A stretch of 24,073 nt of DNA from a virus (taxonomy: Duplodnaviria; Caudoviricetes), in the IMG/VR virus record IMGVR_UViG_3300021093_002702, positions 1 through 24,073 of that record; one strand, given 5' to 3'. The notes under the pieces were generated by a model. The model searched no databases. It was not told where the DNA came from and saw only the letters and a program-made list of their open reading frames with translations. Positions within the stretch are counted from its first letter, which is position 1; the number at the start of each line of letters is the position of its first letter. Both the position numbers and the translations under genes were made by a program. This document shows, in pieces, positions 1 through 6,840 of the stretch.

Positions 1-11
1 GCGGTTAGCGC

Positions 12-332
12 ATGAACCGCCTGCGCTATCGCTATCTGCGCCGTGCCGTGCGCTGGTCGCTGGTAGTCGCCATCGGGGCCCTGTTCATCGGGTTCGCTGC
101 CAAGAACGCCGATAGGTTCACCTGCGAGCCAGACCCACATACCGTTGAGTACGGCGACACGCTATGGGCGATAGCCGAAACCAAGTGCGACGGCAACATT
201 CAGTCAGTCACCCAGAACCTTGTGGATACCTACGGTACGAACATTCAGTTAGGCGACACCATCTGGCTACCCACGAACCAAAACTGCCTGCTGGAAAATC
301 GGGGCGGCGAAGTCTACGATGAGTGTGGATGA
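12..332 (+). CDS. Membrane-anchored LysM-domain protein
   Basis: Basic N-terminus and hydrophobic helix (WSLVVAIGALFIGFAA), then the LysM pattern HTVEYGDTLWAIAE...NIQLGDTIWLP. Confidence 0.8.
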   Translation: MNRLRYRYLRRAVRWSLVVAIGALFIGFAAKNADRFTCEPDPHTVEYGDTLWAIAETKCDGNIQSVTQNLVDTYGTNIQLGDTIWLPTNQNCLLENRGGEVYDECG

Positions 333-2269
333 CGAGCCGACTATTCCTAGATAACGACAGTCTTGCCCTTGACTTTGCCTACGACGCAAACCAAGTAGCC
401 GAAGTCAAACAGATACCTGACTGTAAGTGGGACAAGGTTGCCCGCCTGTGGCGGTGCCCCGTTTCACGCGTTGGAGAAGCCAGAGAGTTCGCAACAAAGC
501 ACGGCTTTGACATTGACAACGAGGTTCTTGTATTCACCCTTCCGCCCAGACGAAGCGCACAAGACACGGGTGTGTACGAAAAGGGTGGCGACATCTACAT
601 CTCATTCCATTACGACCCTGTTCTAGTCAGGTCAGTCAAGCAAATCCCCTCAGTCACATGGGATAAAAAGACGGGCGCATGGCGCGCCCCGCTGACGGCA
701 ATCAACGAGAGCATCCAATGGGCTCAACGGTTTGACAAGCCAGTGTCACCCGATGTCCTTGTAAGGGCGAAAGAAATCAACACACAGTTGCTGGAACTCG
801 CAGAAGCCAGCCGTGCCGTGGAAGCAGAAATCATCATCGGAGATACGGGACTCGAGAAGGCCCTGCTTCCGTACCAGAAGGCAGGTGTCGCCTACGCGAA
901 GCGAGCCAAGCGGTGCTTTATCGCAGACGAGATGGGCTTGGGCAAGACCTTACAAGCGATTGCGACCCTAGAAGTTCTTGGCGAGTACCCAGCCGTAGTT
1001 ATGTGCCCACCCAATCTTGTACTCAACTGGAAAGCCGAGTACGCGAAGTGGTTGCCAAACCGCAAAGTTGCGACAATCTTGGCAGGCAAGGGTCAAAAAG
1101 AGTTCCCGCAGCGGGACGCCTACGATGTGCTGGTAATCGGGTACTCAAACATTTCGTACTGGGAGACACACTTGACTGCCCATCGTGCGTATGTATTAGA
1201 TGAAAGTCATTACTGTAAGACCCTCACGGCAAAGCGAACAAAGTCAGCACGAAAGATAGTTGGCTCATCACCTTCAGGCACGCCCGTGTTGTGTCTGACT
1301 GGAACGCCCGTGACCAATCGCCCCGCTGAGTACGTGGCGCAGTTGGACATCTTGGGCAAAATCAAGGACTTCGGTGGCACTTGGGGCTTTTATCGTCGCT
1401 ATTGCGCTGCCTTCCAAGATAAGTGGGGTCAGTGGCACTTGGAGGGTTCGTCAAATCTAGAAGAACTGAACGACAAACTCAGGTCAGTCTGCTACATCAG
1501 GCGAACCAAAGACCAAGTCCTCACCGAACTGCCACCCGTATTCCATCAGGAACTCACACTCATCGGCGCGGGGCCCGCGATGGTTGAGTACGCAAAGGCG
1601 CAGAAGGACATTGTTGCTTTCTTGGTTGAGCGAGCCAAGAAACTCGCCATAGAACTCGGCACATCACCTCACTCAGCAGCCGTGCGCGCGCGTATACGCG
1701 CGGAAGCATCTCAAGACTTGGTGCGACTGTCGGTTCTCCGTCGCCTCGCAGCCAAAGCCAAGATGGAAAGCATCATTGAGTGGGTGCAGTCCCGTACGGA
1801 CAGCGGAGCCAAAGTTGTAATCGCAGCACACCACAGAGACATAGTTGATGAACTCGCCAACCGTTTCGGTGGGCTAAAGATACAGGGCGGTATGTCCGTG
1901 GAAGAAGTTGAGGAAGCCAAGCGCAAGTTCCAAACCGACCCGAAATATCAAGTCATCACTCTTTCCATTCAGGCGGCCAAGACGGGGCACACGCTCACGG
2001 CGGCGCAAGACATCATCTTTGTAGAACTGCCATGGACACCAGCCGACTTAGACCAAACCTATTCACGGCTACACCGAATGGGGCAACAGGGCTCTGTCAC
2101 GGCGACCTATGCGCTGTGTGCTGGCACGATTGACGAGGAAATCTACTCACTCATCGCTTCTAAGCGCAAGGTCGTGAACACCGCCGTTGATGGCGGCCCC
2201 GCCGTTGATGATGCCAGCATTGGGGCGCAGTTGGTTCTGTCGCTAATCGGTTCGGTAGAACAGCCGTAG
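329..2269 (+). CDS. SNF2-family helicase with two N-terminal HARP-like repeats (SMARCAL1-like)
   Basis: Motifs DEMGLGKT, VLDESH, LTGTP and QTYSRLHRMGQ. Two repeats, VKQIPDCKWDKVARLWRCP and VKQIPSVTWDKKTGAWRAP. ATG 329 overlaps the upstream stop (ATGA), so it is preferred over GTG 323. Confidence 0.9.
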   Translation: MTSRLFLDNDSLALDFAYDANQVAEVKQIPDCKWDKVARLWRCPVSRVGEAREFATKHGFDIDNEVLVFTLPPRRSAQDTGVYEKGGDIYISFHYDPVLVRSVKQIPSVTWDKKTGAWRAPLTAINESIQWAQRFDKPVSPDVLVRAKEINTQLLELAEASRAVEAEIIIGDTGLEKALLPYQKAGVAYAKRAKRCFIADEMGLGKTLQAIATLEVLGEYPAVVMCPPNLVLNWKAEYAKWLPNRKVATILAGKGQKEFPQRDAYDVLVIGYSNISYWETHLTAHRAYVLDESHYCKTLTAKRTKSARKIVGSSPSGTPVLCLTGTPVTNRPAEYVAQLDILGKIKDFGGTWGFYRRYCAAFQDKWGQWHLEGSSNLEELNDKLRSVCYIRRTKDQVLTELPPVFHQELTLIGAGPAMVEYAKAQKDIVAFLVERAKKLAIELGTSPHSAAVRARIRAEASQDLVRLSVLRRLAAKAKMESIIEWVQSRTDSGAKVVIAAHHRDIVDELANRFGGLKIQGGMSVEEVEEAKRKFQTDPKYQVITLSIQAAKTGHTLTAAQDIIFVELPWTPADLDQTYSRLHRMGQQGSVTATYALCAGTIDEEIYSLIASKRKVVNTAVDGGPAVDDASIGAQLVLSLIGSVEQP

Positions 2270-2362
2270 GCTAGGGGAGCGGTTATTCCCCCCTAGCCAA
2301 TCGGTTGGCACTCCCGACATAACCGCTGTATCGGGTGTGGCGCCCTCTTCGGGTTCGCTCCC
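2269..2362 (-). ncRNA. Candidate ~94-nt structured RNA with two complementary (kissing) hairpin loops
   Basis: Minus-strand hairpins CCCGAUA/UGUCGGG (loop CAGCGGUUA) and GGCUAGGGGGG/CUCCCCUAGCC (loop AAUAACCG). The G-U pairs form only on the minus strand. It lies directly downstream of the minus-strand promoter at 2367-2394. Confidence 0.5.
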
Positions 2363-2366
2363 TAAC

Positions 2367-2394
2367 ACTCTATCGGTTATTATGCGTTACGCAA
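2367..2394 (-). promoter_or_regulatory. Conserved phage promoter, divergent copy
   Basis: Minus strand reads TTGCGT-aacgcataataaccga (16 nt)-TAGAGT, with the same spacer box as the four + strand copies. Confidence 0.7.
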
Positions 2395-2398
2395 CAGG

Positions 2399-2427
2399 TT
2401 GTCGTTTTACATAATAACCGATAGAAT
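2399..2427 (+). promoter_or_regulatory. Conserved phage promoter, leaderless, for ORF 2434
   Basis: TTGTCG-ttttacataataaccga (17 nt)-TAGAAT, then 6 nt and ATG at 2434. Confidence 0.8.
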
Positions 2428-2433
2428 GAAAGT

Positions 2434-2631
2434 ATGAACAACGAACTCATCACCATCGCCGATAAGTTTCTGAGCGAATGGGCAATCATCGCCAGCGACA
2501 TTCCGAGTGTCGTCAAATCATTCCGTCGCTATCTGAAATCCGAGACAGACTACACCCAACCCATCGACAGCGTGGCGGTTCACGAATGGTTTGCCCACCG
2601 CCTCAGCCCGCAATGGGCGGGCAATCACTAG
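2434..2631 (+). CDS. Hypothetical protein (65 aa)
   Basis: The ATG sits at the expected transcription start of the conserved promoter. No recognisable family. Confidence 0.7.
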   Translation: MNNELITIADKFLSEWAIIASDIPSVVKSFRRYLKSETDYTQPIDSVAVHEWFAHRLSPQWAGNH

Positions 2632-2655
2632 CCCTTCATCAAATCGGGACTGCCA

Positions 2656-2797
2656 GCCCGCAAGCACCTTGTCGGCGTCATCGGGACTACGCCGAAGGCG
2701 AAGCCGTAATACCACGACGGGGGGGTGGGGGGGCTTGTCCCCTCTGCCCCCCCTGAGTGACGGCGTAGTCCGATGTAAGCCGACAGCGGTTGCGGGC
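2656..2797 (+). ncRNA. Candidate ~142-nt rod-shaped structured RNA with apical junction
   Basis: Nested stems: 2656-2663/2790-2797, 2669-2676/2779-2786, 2679-2694/2761-2775 (one bulged G) and a 15-bp stem 2719-2733/2739-2753 with three G-U pairs on the + strand. Confidence 0.55.
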
Positions 2798-2922
2798 GGG
2801 ACTGCAACGCGGCCCTACGCGAAGTTGCTTTCCACCACCGTAACATATAGATATAGCGCGCTTTATGGGGGCCCCGTTTGCATATTTGATTAGTTTTGGG
2901 GCGGGACCCTGAGTCCTTGCAC

Positions 2923-2983
2923 TTGTCCACAGCCTGTGGATAACTTGTCCACAGCCTGTGGATAACTTTGTGCCTGTGGATAA
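2923..2983. promoter_or_regulatory. Cluster of five DnaA boxes
   Basis: TTGTCCACA at 2923 and 2945. TGTGGATAA (reverse complement of TTATCCACA) at 2935, 2957 and 2975. Confidence 0.85.
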
Positions 2984-2995
2984 CTTTGTGAAGAG

Positions 2996-3024
2996 TTGCG
3001 AAGATGCATAATAACCGATAGCGT
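2996..3024 (+). promoter_or_regulatory. Conserved phage promoter, leaderless, for ORF 3032
   Basis: TTGCGA-agatgcataataaccga (17 nt)-TAGCGT, then 7 nt and ATG at 3032. Confidence 0.8.
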
Positions 3025-3031
3025 AAAGGGT

Positions 3032-3289
3032 ATGACAAACAAGACCACATACCGCCCAAAGGGAACGGTAGCGAGCGCACAGGTTGTGTTCTCACCTACC
3101 ATTGAGTACGGCGTAAAGACAGAATGGGCGGTGGAACTCCACTTCCAAAGCCCGACAGGCGACATGAGCGACTTCATCAGTCGTGAAATCCCTTGCTTGG
3201 ACAGGGCGCAAGCCGAATGGATAGCCAACTATTGGAACAACAAAGCCGAACCGTACAGCACGGAAGTCGTGCCGTTGGACTTGATGTAA
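3032..3289 (+). CDS. Hypothetical protein (85 aa, MTNKTTYRPK...)
   Basis: Start moved from TTG 2996, which is the -35 box, to ATG 3032 behind the promoter. Confidence 0.75.
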   Translation: MTNKTTYRPKGTVASAQVVFSPTIEYGVKTEWAVELHFQSPTGDMSDFISREIPCLDRAQAEWIANYWNNKAEPYSTEVVPLDLM

Positions 3290-3301
3290 GGCGGGACCCC
3301 A

Positions 3302-3403
3302 ATGGACTTGACTATCCGCATCAGCGAATACGTTTCGTACACAATAATCGTGGCATCGCTACTCATGGTGGTTGCCTTGCGCTACAAGCGTAAAGGCGAG
3401 TAG
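3302..3403 (+). CDS. Small single-pass membrane peptide (33 aa)
   Basis: Hand translation: MDLTIRISEYVSYTIIVASLLMVVALRYKRKGE, a hydrophobic helix followed by a basic tail. It is below the ORF track cutoff. Confidence 0.6.
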   Translation: MDLTIRISEYVSYTIIVASLLMVVALRYKRKGE

Positions 3404-3411
3404 CGACCCAG

Positions 3412-3472
3412 CCCGACCTCACCCAGCCGAGACCCTCCTTCCCCTTGTTCTACGGCTGGGTGGGGTTTCGGG
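3412..3472 (+). terminator. GC-rich hairpin with pyrimidine-rich loop (terminator or sRNA-like)
   Basis: ACCTCACCCAGCCG (3416-3429) pairs with CGGCTGGGTGGGGT (3453-3466), with one G-U. The loop contains CCTCCTT. It sits between an ORF end and the next promoter. Confidence 0.5.
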
Positions 3473-3476
3473 GCCG

Positions 3477-3505
3477 TTGCAATGTGGCGTAATAACCGAT
3501 AGGGT
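3477..3505 (+). promoter_or_regulatory. Conserved phage promoter for the HDAC-family gene
   Basis: TTGCAA-tgtggcgtaataaccga (17 nt)-TAGGGT, then 9 nt and ATG at 3515. Confidence 0.8.
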
Positions 3506-3514
3506 TAAGTCACT

Positions 3515-4408
3515 ATGAACATCTATTGGAACGAAGAATACTGCGCCCCACAAACCAACTTTGAGACCTTTCAGAAGTCACGGCTCATCGTTGAGCAACT
3601 GACCAAAGACCCAGACCCTTCCATCGCTATCTGCGACCCAGCCGATGTAGGCGGTTCGCTAGCCACAGCACAGCGTCAAGTAGAGAAGTACACCAACACC
3701 GAATACCTGCAAGCAGTGATGACGGGTCAGCCCCGTGGCTTGGCGGAGACCAACGGGTTCTCGTGGGATGACGGCGTGTATCGCTCAGTCATCAACTCAA
3801 CGGCAGGCATCTTGTGTGCCATTGACGACCTCATTGAGACCGACGAACTCACATCAGGCTCGCTTTCTAGTGGACTACACCATGCAAACGCAAGCAGGGG
3901 CATGGGCTTCTGCACCATCAACTCGCTTGCCATCGGGGCCCTGTACGCACGCGAGAAAGGCAAGAAAGTCGCAATCCTTGACCTTGACGCGCACTGCGGT
4001 GGTGGAACGAACAGCATGATTGCCAACACGACGATTGCCCACTTTGACCTCTCTATTAGCGGTCTTGACCATTATCAAAATACAGAAATGAACCCCTGGT
4101 CAATACTGAGGGTGACCCAAGCAGATAACGAACAGTACCTTCAGGAAGTTGACGACATGCTCAGCAAACTCGTTGCCTTCGGCCCCGAGATAGTTCTCTA
4201 CAACGCTGGGGTTGACATTTCCCCCAGTATTGACATGTTCTACTGCGCCATGCGTGATGCTTTGGTCGCTAAGCGGTTGTGCAACGACAACAACATCAAA
4301 ACGATGGTGGTCTGCGCTGGCGGTTATGGCGACTACGACCAAGTTGCTTGGCAACACACCCTGACCTTCACCGCTTTCTCCAAGCGGGACGCTGACGTGA
4401 ATGCGTGA
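3515..4408 (+). CDS. Zn-dependent histone deacetylase / acetylpolyamine amidohydrolase family protein
   Basis: Canonical motifs SGLHHA, GFC, DLDAHCGGGT, YNAGVD and AGGY. Confidence 0.9.
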   Translation: MNIYWNEEYCAPQTNFETFQKSRLIVEQLTKDPDPSIAICDPADVGGSLATAQRQVEKYTNTEYLQAVMTGQPRGLAETNGFSWDDGVYRSVINSTAGILCAIDDLIETDELTSGSLSSGLHHANASRGMGFCTINSLAIGALYAREKGKKVAILDLDAHCGGGTNSMIANTTIAHFDLSISGLDHYQNTEMNPWSILRVTQADNEQYLQEVDDMLSKLVAFGPEIVLYNAGVDISPSIDMFYCAMRDALVAKRLCNDNNIKTMVVCAGGYGDYDQVAWQHTLTFTAFSKRDADVNA

Positions 4409-4414
4409 CGCAAG

Positions 4415-4443
4415 TTGCGCTAGCGCATAATGACCGATAGTAT
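4415..4443 (+). promoter_or_regulatory. Conserved phage promoter, leaderless, for the ssb operon
   Basis: TTGCGC-tagcgcataatgaccga (17 nt)-TAGTAT, then 7 nt and ATG at 4451. Confidence 0.8.
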
Positions 4444-4450
4444 GTAACAC

Positions 4451-4666
4451 ATGAGCGAAGTAACGAAAGAAGAAGCACAGTTGCAGGTACTGAAACACCT
4501 GAGCAAATCAATCCAACAGTGGGCTGGTGAAACAGACGAGGAAGCAGGCGACGAGTTTGCCCGTCTTGTCGTTGACGCACTAGCCTTGCAAGTAGTTGCC
4601 GTTGAGCCAGATGGCTACACGGCACGAATTAACATCACAACAATCAAGGAAGCGAGTACCAAGTAA
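4451..4666 (+). CDS. Hypothetical protein (71 aa)
   Basis: Follows the conserved promoter. Its stop overlaps the ssb start (TAATG). Confidence 0.75.
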   Translation: MSEVTKEEAQLQVLKHLSKSIQQWAGETDEEAGDEFARLVVDALALQVVAVEPDGYTARINITTIKEASTK

Positions 4667-5133
4667 TGGCAACAGCAACACTCACGATTTCGGGGAACGT
4701 GACCAACGACCCTGAACTCACCTACACGCAGAGCGGGGCGCCACGCCTCGCATTCGGCGTTGCGGTGAACTACGGATACACCGACGCACAAGGCGAGAAG
4801 CAGGAAAAGACCTCGTACTTCAATGTCACCGCATGGCGTTTTCTCGCAGAGAACTCAGCACGCACCCTTGAAAAGGGCATCGGCGTCGTCGTAACAGGGC
4901 GCTTGGAACAGCGTTCGTATGAGGACAAAGATGGCATCAAGCGTTCAGTCGTGGATTTGATTGCCGACGAAATCGGTATCGCTACTCGCTCGTTGGAGAG
5001 TGTTGAGCGCCGTGTCAAGCAAGACAACGGTGGTCAGCAGCAAGCCCCTGCTCGCCAACAGTCGGCCCCGCGTACCCGCCCAGCAACCGCAAAAGTCGCA
5101 GCAGCCGCACCAGCAGGTGAAGAGCCGTTCTAA
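4666..5133 (+). CDS. ssb: Single-stranded DNA-binding protein
   Basis: OB-fold pattern GNVTNDPEL...TAWRFLAEN...GRLEQRSY, with a Q/P/A-rich linker and acidic EEPF tail. Resembles actinobacterial SSBs. Confidence 0.95.
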   Translation: MATATLTISGNVTNDPELTYTQSGAPRLAFGVAVNYGYTDAQGEKQEKTSYFNVTAWRFLAENSARTLEKGIGVVVTGRLEQRSYEDKDGIKRSVVDLIADEIGIATRSLESVERRVKQDNGGQQQAPARQQSAPRTRPATAKVAAAAPAGEEPF

Positions 5134-5405
5134 TGAAGTTCATTCGCCTGCATCTGCGCTGGTGGCTCTACAACAAACTGTACGAATTCCACCTATGGGC
5201 GGAACGCAAGTCGTTGGACATGATTGTCAAGTTGGATAAAGATGACCCACACTTCGCAGACCGCAAATGGGCGAACGAACTGAACTCTCGCCGTGCCCTT
5301 CGTGGTGAACCCATGTCGGGTATGTGGATAAAGCCAGACAACAGCAAGAAGCGTTGGCATGATTACTACGAACGCCCAATAAGGAATACGTACGGAAAGC
5401 GCTAG
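5133..5405 (+). CDS. Hypothetical protein (90 aa)
   Basis: TAATG overlap with the ssb stop. Confidence 0.65.
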   Translation: MKFIRLHLRWWLYNKLYEFHLWAERKSLDMIVKLDKDDPHFADRKWANELNSRRALRGEPMSGMWIKPDNSKKRWHDYYERPIRNTYGKR

Positions 5406-5413
5406 CCAAGCAA

Positions 5414-5519
5414 TGTGTGGGGTTTCGCTCACAACCACGCTCGGCGCGTCATAACCCGAACGGAGCGGGGCCCCACATAGCCAACACCCGATAATGCTCA
5501 CCCGTGAGTGGCATCGGGT
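5414..5519 (+). terminator. Two hairpins between the convergent transcription arms (terminator or structured RNA)
   Basis: 17-bp stem 5414-5430/5463-5479 with four G-U pairs on the + strand. Second hairpin 5486-5519 (ACCCGAT/ATCGGGT). Confidence 0.55.
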
Positions 5520-5824
5520 CAGGCTAGATAATCGTCTGGCTTTTCCTGCTTGTTGTTACGAAAGAACAACATGTGCGCGTTGTCAGGGTCTTGACGTGAA
5601 AGTTCACGGTATTCCTGCGCTTGTGTGATGAGTTCGCTGTACTTGCGCCGTGCGGTTGCGTGTCGCCACTCCTTCACAAGGTCCCGATAACGGCGTCGCA
5701 CCTTCTTCTTGGTGAGGGGTGGGTACTGAGCCAAGTCATTTAGCAACAGGTGTTCTTGTTCGTGTGGGGTGATAAACCAGTCGCCATCGCTGTCTGATGC
5801 GTATGGGTTGAACGCTGGACTCAC
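5519..5824 (-). CDS. Hypothetical protein (101 aa)
   Basis: GTG start overlaps the upstream stop (GTGA). Last gene of the minus-strand run. Confidence 0.7.
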   Translation of the reverse strand: MSPAFNPYASDSDGDWFITPHEQEHLLLNDLAQYPPLTKKKVRRRYRDLVKEWRHATARRKYSELITQAQEYRELSRQDPDNAHMLFFRNNKQEKPDDYLA

Positions 5825-6276
5825 GATTTGGCTCGGTATTTCTTCGCAATCTCCCCAACTGTTTCGGTGTTGCGAACGAACTGTTTGCCCTTCTTGCCAC
5901 CCTGTAACTTCTTTCTATTCGTAGCAGACCGCTGTGACGGAGTTAGACGCTTCCATACCGCATCTGGCAGGTAGCGCCGCATCTTGCCGTCCCGCCCTGC
6001 TTTCTTGCCGTCAGATGTACGCCAACGCTGCTTAGTCCACTTACGCAGCGAGCGTTGCTTGCGTGATGTGCGACCCGTGCGATAGCCACCACCTGCTTTC
6101 CTGTATGCCATTGCAACCATCTGCGCCTTGCGAGCCGACCATTGCCCTGGTCTACCACCCTTTGAGCCAGCCATAATACGACGCTTGATGCTCTCACGTA
6201 GTGCAGGCTTGGTGTAGTTACCGTCTTTGTACTCAAGCGGGGCGTTAATCAAGAAGTCCTTGACCGACAGAGCCAC
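5821..6276 (-). CDS. DUF5872-like basic protein
   Basis: YTKPALRESIKRRIMAGSKGGRPGQWSARKAQ...YRKAGGGY...SLRKWTKQRWRT...RYLP matches this family as I recall it. GTG 6276 avoids overlap with the upstream gene. Confidence 0.75.
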   Translation of the reverse strand: MALSVKDFLINAPLEYKDGNYTKPALRESIKRRIMAGSKGGRPGQWSARKAQMVAMAYRKAGGGYRTGRTSRKQRSLRKWTKQRWRTSDGKKAGRDGKMRRYLPDAVWKRLTPSQRSATNRKKLQGGKKGKQFVRNTETVGEIAKKYRAKS

Positions 6277-6295
6277 CCACTGCTGAGTGCGTTGA

Positions 6296-6493
6296 CTATT
6301 TCTTTCGTTTCTTTGCACTTCTGCGCTCTCCCTTGAGTTCTCGCATGCGAGCAAGTTGCGCCTTTTTAGTGGTCAACCGCCACAACTGATACTCGTCACC
6401 CTCAATTTCCATCATGTCGTCTTTCTCCTCATCGGTAAGACCGCCGTAAATCAACTCGGAGATTGAAATGTCGTTTGGTTTGTCTTTGTTCAT
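6296..6493 (-). CDS. Hypothetical protein (65 aa, acidic N-terminus, basic C-terminus)
   Basis: ATGA overlap with the upstream gene. Confidence 0.7.
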   Translation of the reverse strand: MNKDKPNDISISELIYGGLTDEEKDDMMEIEGDEYQLWRLTTKKAQLARMRELKGERRSAKKRKK

Positions 6494-6834
6494 GGGAGAT
6501 TGTCAAGTTCTTTCTTGTACTTTTCCTTGAGGGCTGGGTACTTGTCAGCCATTTCTCTAAGCGCCCGTACGATGTCATCTAGTTTACGCTTTGCCGTGCG
6601 CTTACGGTGTTCGTAACGGTCATTGGTCTTGGCCATTGCCTCAATGTCGTCGTCGGCATAGCCACGTGGCGGGGCGCCCGTGATGTCTAGGGCAAACCGC
6701 AATAGATGAGCAAATTCCTCTTGCTGCTTTTGGGTTGCTGGTCGCCCAATGATTTCGTACGCTTCCGCTTCTTCAAGTATGTCGACTAGGTCAATACCGT
6801 CCATGTCGTCTATTTCTCTTGGTTTTTTAGCCAT
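6490..6834 (-). CDS. Hypothetical protein (114 aa)
   Basis: Tightly packed in the minus-strand run. Charged, probably helical. Confidence 0.75.
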   Translation of the reverse strand: MAKKPREIDDMDGIDLVDILEEAEAYEIIGRPATQKQQEEFAHLLRFALDITGAPPRGYADDDIEAMAKTNDRYEHRKRTAKRKLDDIVRALREMADKYPALKEKYKKELDNLP

Positions 6835-6840
6835 GTCAAC

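Noticed and set aside
1-11. Sixth copy of the conserved promoter before the LysM gene
   Set aside because: Truncated by the window edge, so it cannot be evaluated.
2719-2733. G-quadruplex
   Set aside because: There are only two G runs, and they are fully complemented by the adjacent C-rich arm, so a hairpin is more plausible.
2691-2765. Hammerhead ribozyme (CUGAGUGA and GAA around a junction)
   Set aside because: The core deviates from CUGANGA/GAAA and there is no UH cleavage site before the putative stem I.
2628-3095. 155-aa minus-strand ORF and other ORFs over 2478-2893
   Set aside because: The repeated peptides (HKVIHR, YPQAVD) are just translated DnaA boxes, and the region is explained by non-coding structure.
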